Source: Clostridia bacterium
GTDB taxonomy: Bacteria; Bacillota; Clostridia; Oscillospirales; CAG-272
DNA: 64,000 bases
NCBI GenBank assembly: GCA_017455905.1
Contig: JAFTLQ010000010.1
Coordinates: 33,468 to 97,467, forward strand
Reading direction: 5' to 3'
Position numbers and translations under genes: made by a program
In this document: positions 61,874 through 64,000 of the stretch, piece by piece
Numbering within the stretch: position 1 is the stretch's first letter
Layout of the letters: every line of letters begins with the position of its first letter
The notes under the pieces: model-generated
Seen by the model: the letters and a program-made list of their open reading frames with translations, nothing else
Told to the model about the DNA's origin: nothing
Database searches by the model: none

Positions 61874-64000
61874 TCAGAACTGCAGGCGATGCTCACCCTC
61901 GGTGAGCTCGTAGCTCTTTCCGTTATACATAAATGTCGTTTTGGTATCGTGAGGAACGGTCAGGCGGAAGCTCACGTGCCCCTCGCCGCGCTCGTAGCCG
62001 ACGCGTACGACACCGTTCGGCGTCATGCGCTCACCCTGCAGACGGTCGATGGCGTCCACCAACGTCGGGGCGATGACGAGCTCGGTGTAGCCGGCCCCGC
62101 CCTCAGGCTGTCCGATGCCGAGCAGATGATCGTACAAAAGGCCCGTGACCGCGCCGAACATCGGATGGTTGTGCGAGCGGTCGCGCAGCGACTGCGGCCA
62201 GTATTCGCCCAGCGTCGTAGCGCCCAGGCGGCGCATCTCGCCAAAGGAATGGGGGCGCTCGGAGAGCAGCAGCTGCATGGCAACGTCGGCGTCGCCGCGC
62301 TCAAAGAGCAGGCGCGTGACAAGCTCCGTGCCGAAGATGCCCGTATCATATTCACCGAGGGCGCGATAGCGCGCGACCATGTTGGGATAGGTACGCTCGT
62401 CGCCAAGGCCGATATCCAGCGCAAAGGCGTTCGCGCCCTGCACGCCGCCGAGGAAGTTGCCGTCCCACACGTTGTAGTAGGCATCCATGATCGCGGCGCT
62501 ACGCGTAGCGATGCGCTCCTCAAGCATCGGAATATCCTCCTCGTGACCGACGAGACGCGCGATCTCGACCGCACGCTTCAGCGAGCGGATATAGAAATAG
62601 TTGTTGACGAACGGCGCAGGCAGCACCACCTCCGTCGGCGGGCACCAATCGCCAAGGCACCACTCGCCCTCCTTGTCGGACAGGACGAGGTCGCGTGCCG
62701 AATGGCTCTCCATATACGTAAAGTAGCGAAGCATGGAGGGGTACATCTCGGCAAGCACCGATACGTCGCCGTAGTGGCGATAGAACTGATACGGCACCTC
62801 TACGATGGCACAGCCCCAGCCGCCGGGACCGCCGCCCGAACGGGTATAGGGCGCCGTGTACTGCACGTGGCCGCTTTCGACGTCCTGACAGTCGCGGATA
62901 TCCTCGATCCACTTGCGATAGAAGGCCTCGGCGTCCAGCACGGTCATCGCGCTGTGGCAGATGAGCTGACCGTCGCCCGTGTAGCCCCGACGCTCCAGGT
63001 GCGGGCAGTCGGAGGGAATGCCGGCGTGCATATTGGTCAGCTGGGTATTGACGAAGGTATCGTGCAGCCAGTTGAGCAGAGCGTTATCCGAGCGGAAGGC
63101 ACCCGTGACGGCTGCCTTGGTATGTACGACCTCAATGGCCTCGACCTCGGCCGGGCCCAGCACGCATACGTAGCGGAAGCCGTACCACGTCAGGGCGGGG
63201 CGCACCGTGCGCGGCTCGCCGTCGCACACGACAAGGAAGGTCTGCCCATGGGTAAATTCGTCAACGAGCGAGCCGTCGGGCGCGCATTCCTCCGCCAAGG
63301 CGACGCGCACGATCTCGCCACGCTTACCCGTCACACGCAGAACGGGATAGCCGCTGATATTCTTGCCGCCGTCGTACACCGTCGCATGCGACACGCGGTT
63401 CGTGGCAAATACCGTGCCCGTTACGGTGTAGGCGCGTTGTCCGCCGCTTGCCTCGTCCGTGGTAAATACGGTCATGGGCACGTCGCTCGCCGACACGCGC
63501 ACAGGAAGCACCTCAGCAACGCCGTCCGCCGGGCAATCCGAAAACTCGTACGTGGTCTTGGGCGCGGGCGCCTCGCACACGGGGCGGAAATCGGCACACG
63601 ACACGTCGCCCACCAATGCCCCCTCGCTCGCTCTCGTATAATCCTGCGTTTCCCAGAAGGTAAAATAGTAATGCGTCACAAAGCTCGGTGCGACCAGATC
63701 GTCAAGTGAGCTGACGACCTCAAATGCGCCGTCCTTCCCGTCGCCGAACAGGCGGAAGATCGCCTTGGGATCGCCGAAGCGGCAGTCCCAGTCGTAGGTG
63801 TACCAGCCGCCGCCGAAATGGATGGTCAGCACGTTCTCGCCCTCGTGCAGATACGAGGTCACGTCGTACTCCGGCACGTAGATGCGGTGCCCCTGTACGC
63901 ACTCGTTCACAGGATAGCTCTCACGCGGCTCAAAGTCGCTGTTCAGCGGCAGGAACAGATCGTCCCCCACGCGACAGCCGTTGATATAACAATGAAAAAA
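61874..64000 (-). CDS. alpha-L-rhamnosidase (GH78), N-terminus beyond the window edge
   Basis: The catalytic-domain sequence IPSDCPHLERRGYTGDGQ and the six-hairpin region are present. The reading frame stays open to nt 64000. Confidence 0.8.
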   Translation of the reverse strand, partial: FFHCYINGCRVGDDLFLPLNSDFEPRESYPVNECVQGHRIYVPEYDVTSYLHEGENVLTIHFGGGWYTYDWDCRFGDPKAIFRLFGDGKDGAFEVVSSLDDLVAPSFVTHYYFTFWETQDYTRASEGALVGDVSCADFRPVCEAPAPKTTYEFSDCPADGVAEVLPVRVSASDVPMTVFTTDEASGGQRAYTVTGTVFATNRVSHATVYDGGKNISGYPVLRVTGKRGEIVRVALAEECAPDGSLVDEFTHGQTFLVVCDGEPRTVRPALTWYGFRYVCVLGPAEVEAIEVVHTKAAVTGAFRSDNALLNWLHDTFVNTQLTNMHAGIPSDCPHLERRGYTGDGQLICHSAMTVLDAEAFYRKWIEDIRDCQDVESGHVQYTAPYTRSGGGPGGWGCAIVEVPYQFYRHYGDVSVLAEMYPSMLRYFTYMESHSARDLVLSDKEGEWCLGDWCPPTEVVLPAPFVNNYFYIRSLKRAVEIARLVGHEEDIPMLEERIATRSAAIMDAYYNVWDGNFLGGVQGANAFALDIGLGDERTYPNMVARYRALGEYDTGIFGTELVTRLLFERGDADVAMQLLLSERPHSFGEMRRLGATTLGEYWPQSLRDRSHNHPMFGAVTGLLYDHLLGIGQPEGGAGYTELVIAPTLVDAIDRLQGERMTPNGVVRVGYERGEGHVSFRLTVPHDTKTTFMYNGKSYELTEGEHRLQF

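Noticed and set aside
59921-63709. A 1262-aa plus-strand ORF spanning tldD, the SGNH gene, the GH78 gene and two intergenic gaps.
   Set aside because: It is antisense to three recognisable minus-strand genes. Its translation is Arg/Ala/Gly/His-rich low-information sequence with no motifs or RBS. Stop-free antisense frames are expected in GC-rich coding DNA.

Overview
This is a G+C-rich, gene-dense chromosomal segment from an endospore-forming Firmicute. The spoVAC-AD-AE operon, a SleB-type lytic enzyme and Gram-positive-style RBS and promoters support that, and an Oscillospiraceae/Ruminococcaceae-like origin is only my inference. Most of the window is housekeeping or metabolic. It carries feoAB, ruvX, pncB, trpS, a WecA/TagO-like transferase, a TrmH methylase, a tRNA Val-Asp-Phe-Gly operon and gdhA. 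It also has pyrR, a Re-citrate synthase/GntR/aconitase/IDH operon, malQ, three ABC transporters and an OmpR-type two-component system. A long minus-strand block encodes carbohydrate-active and TldD/PmbA genes. The best candidate for something undescribed is a two-gene operon at 22417-26580. It pairs an orphan gamma-class N6-adenine methyltransferase carrying an atypical NPPS motif with an 857-aa EF-G/TetM-like GTPase fused to a Rae1/YacP-type NYN ribonuclease. Other observations worth a second look:
- A low-GC islet holds an XRE regulator and a SLOG/DUF1273-like gene interrupted by one in-frame TGA.
- A 3 x 104-bp tandem array of hairpin-forming repeats sits downstream of that islet.
- A perfect 30-bp inverted repeat swallows the 3' end of tRNA-Gly, with att-like partial repeats and a hairpin cluster nearby.
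- A Gly/His/Trp low-complexity membrane protein is divergent from feoAB.
- Three tandem cytoplasmic heparinase II/III-like paralogues share near-identical DNA tracts.
- A roughly 25-nt AT-rich motif recurs at four gene boundaries.
Many long ORFs in the track are antisense to recognisable genes, as expected in GC-rich DNA, and were rejected. All homology calls come from my reading of the translations. No searches were run.
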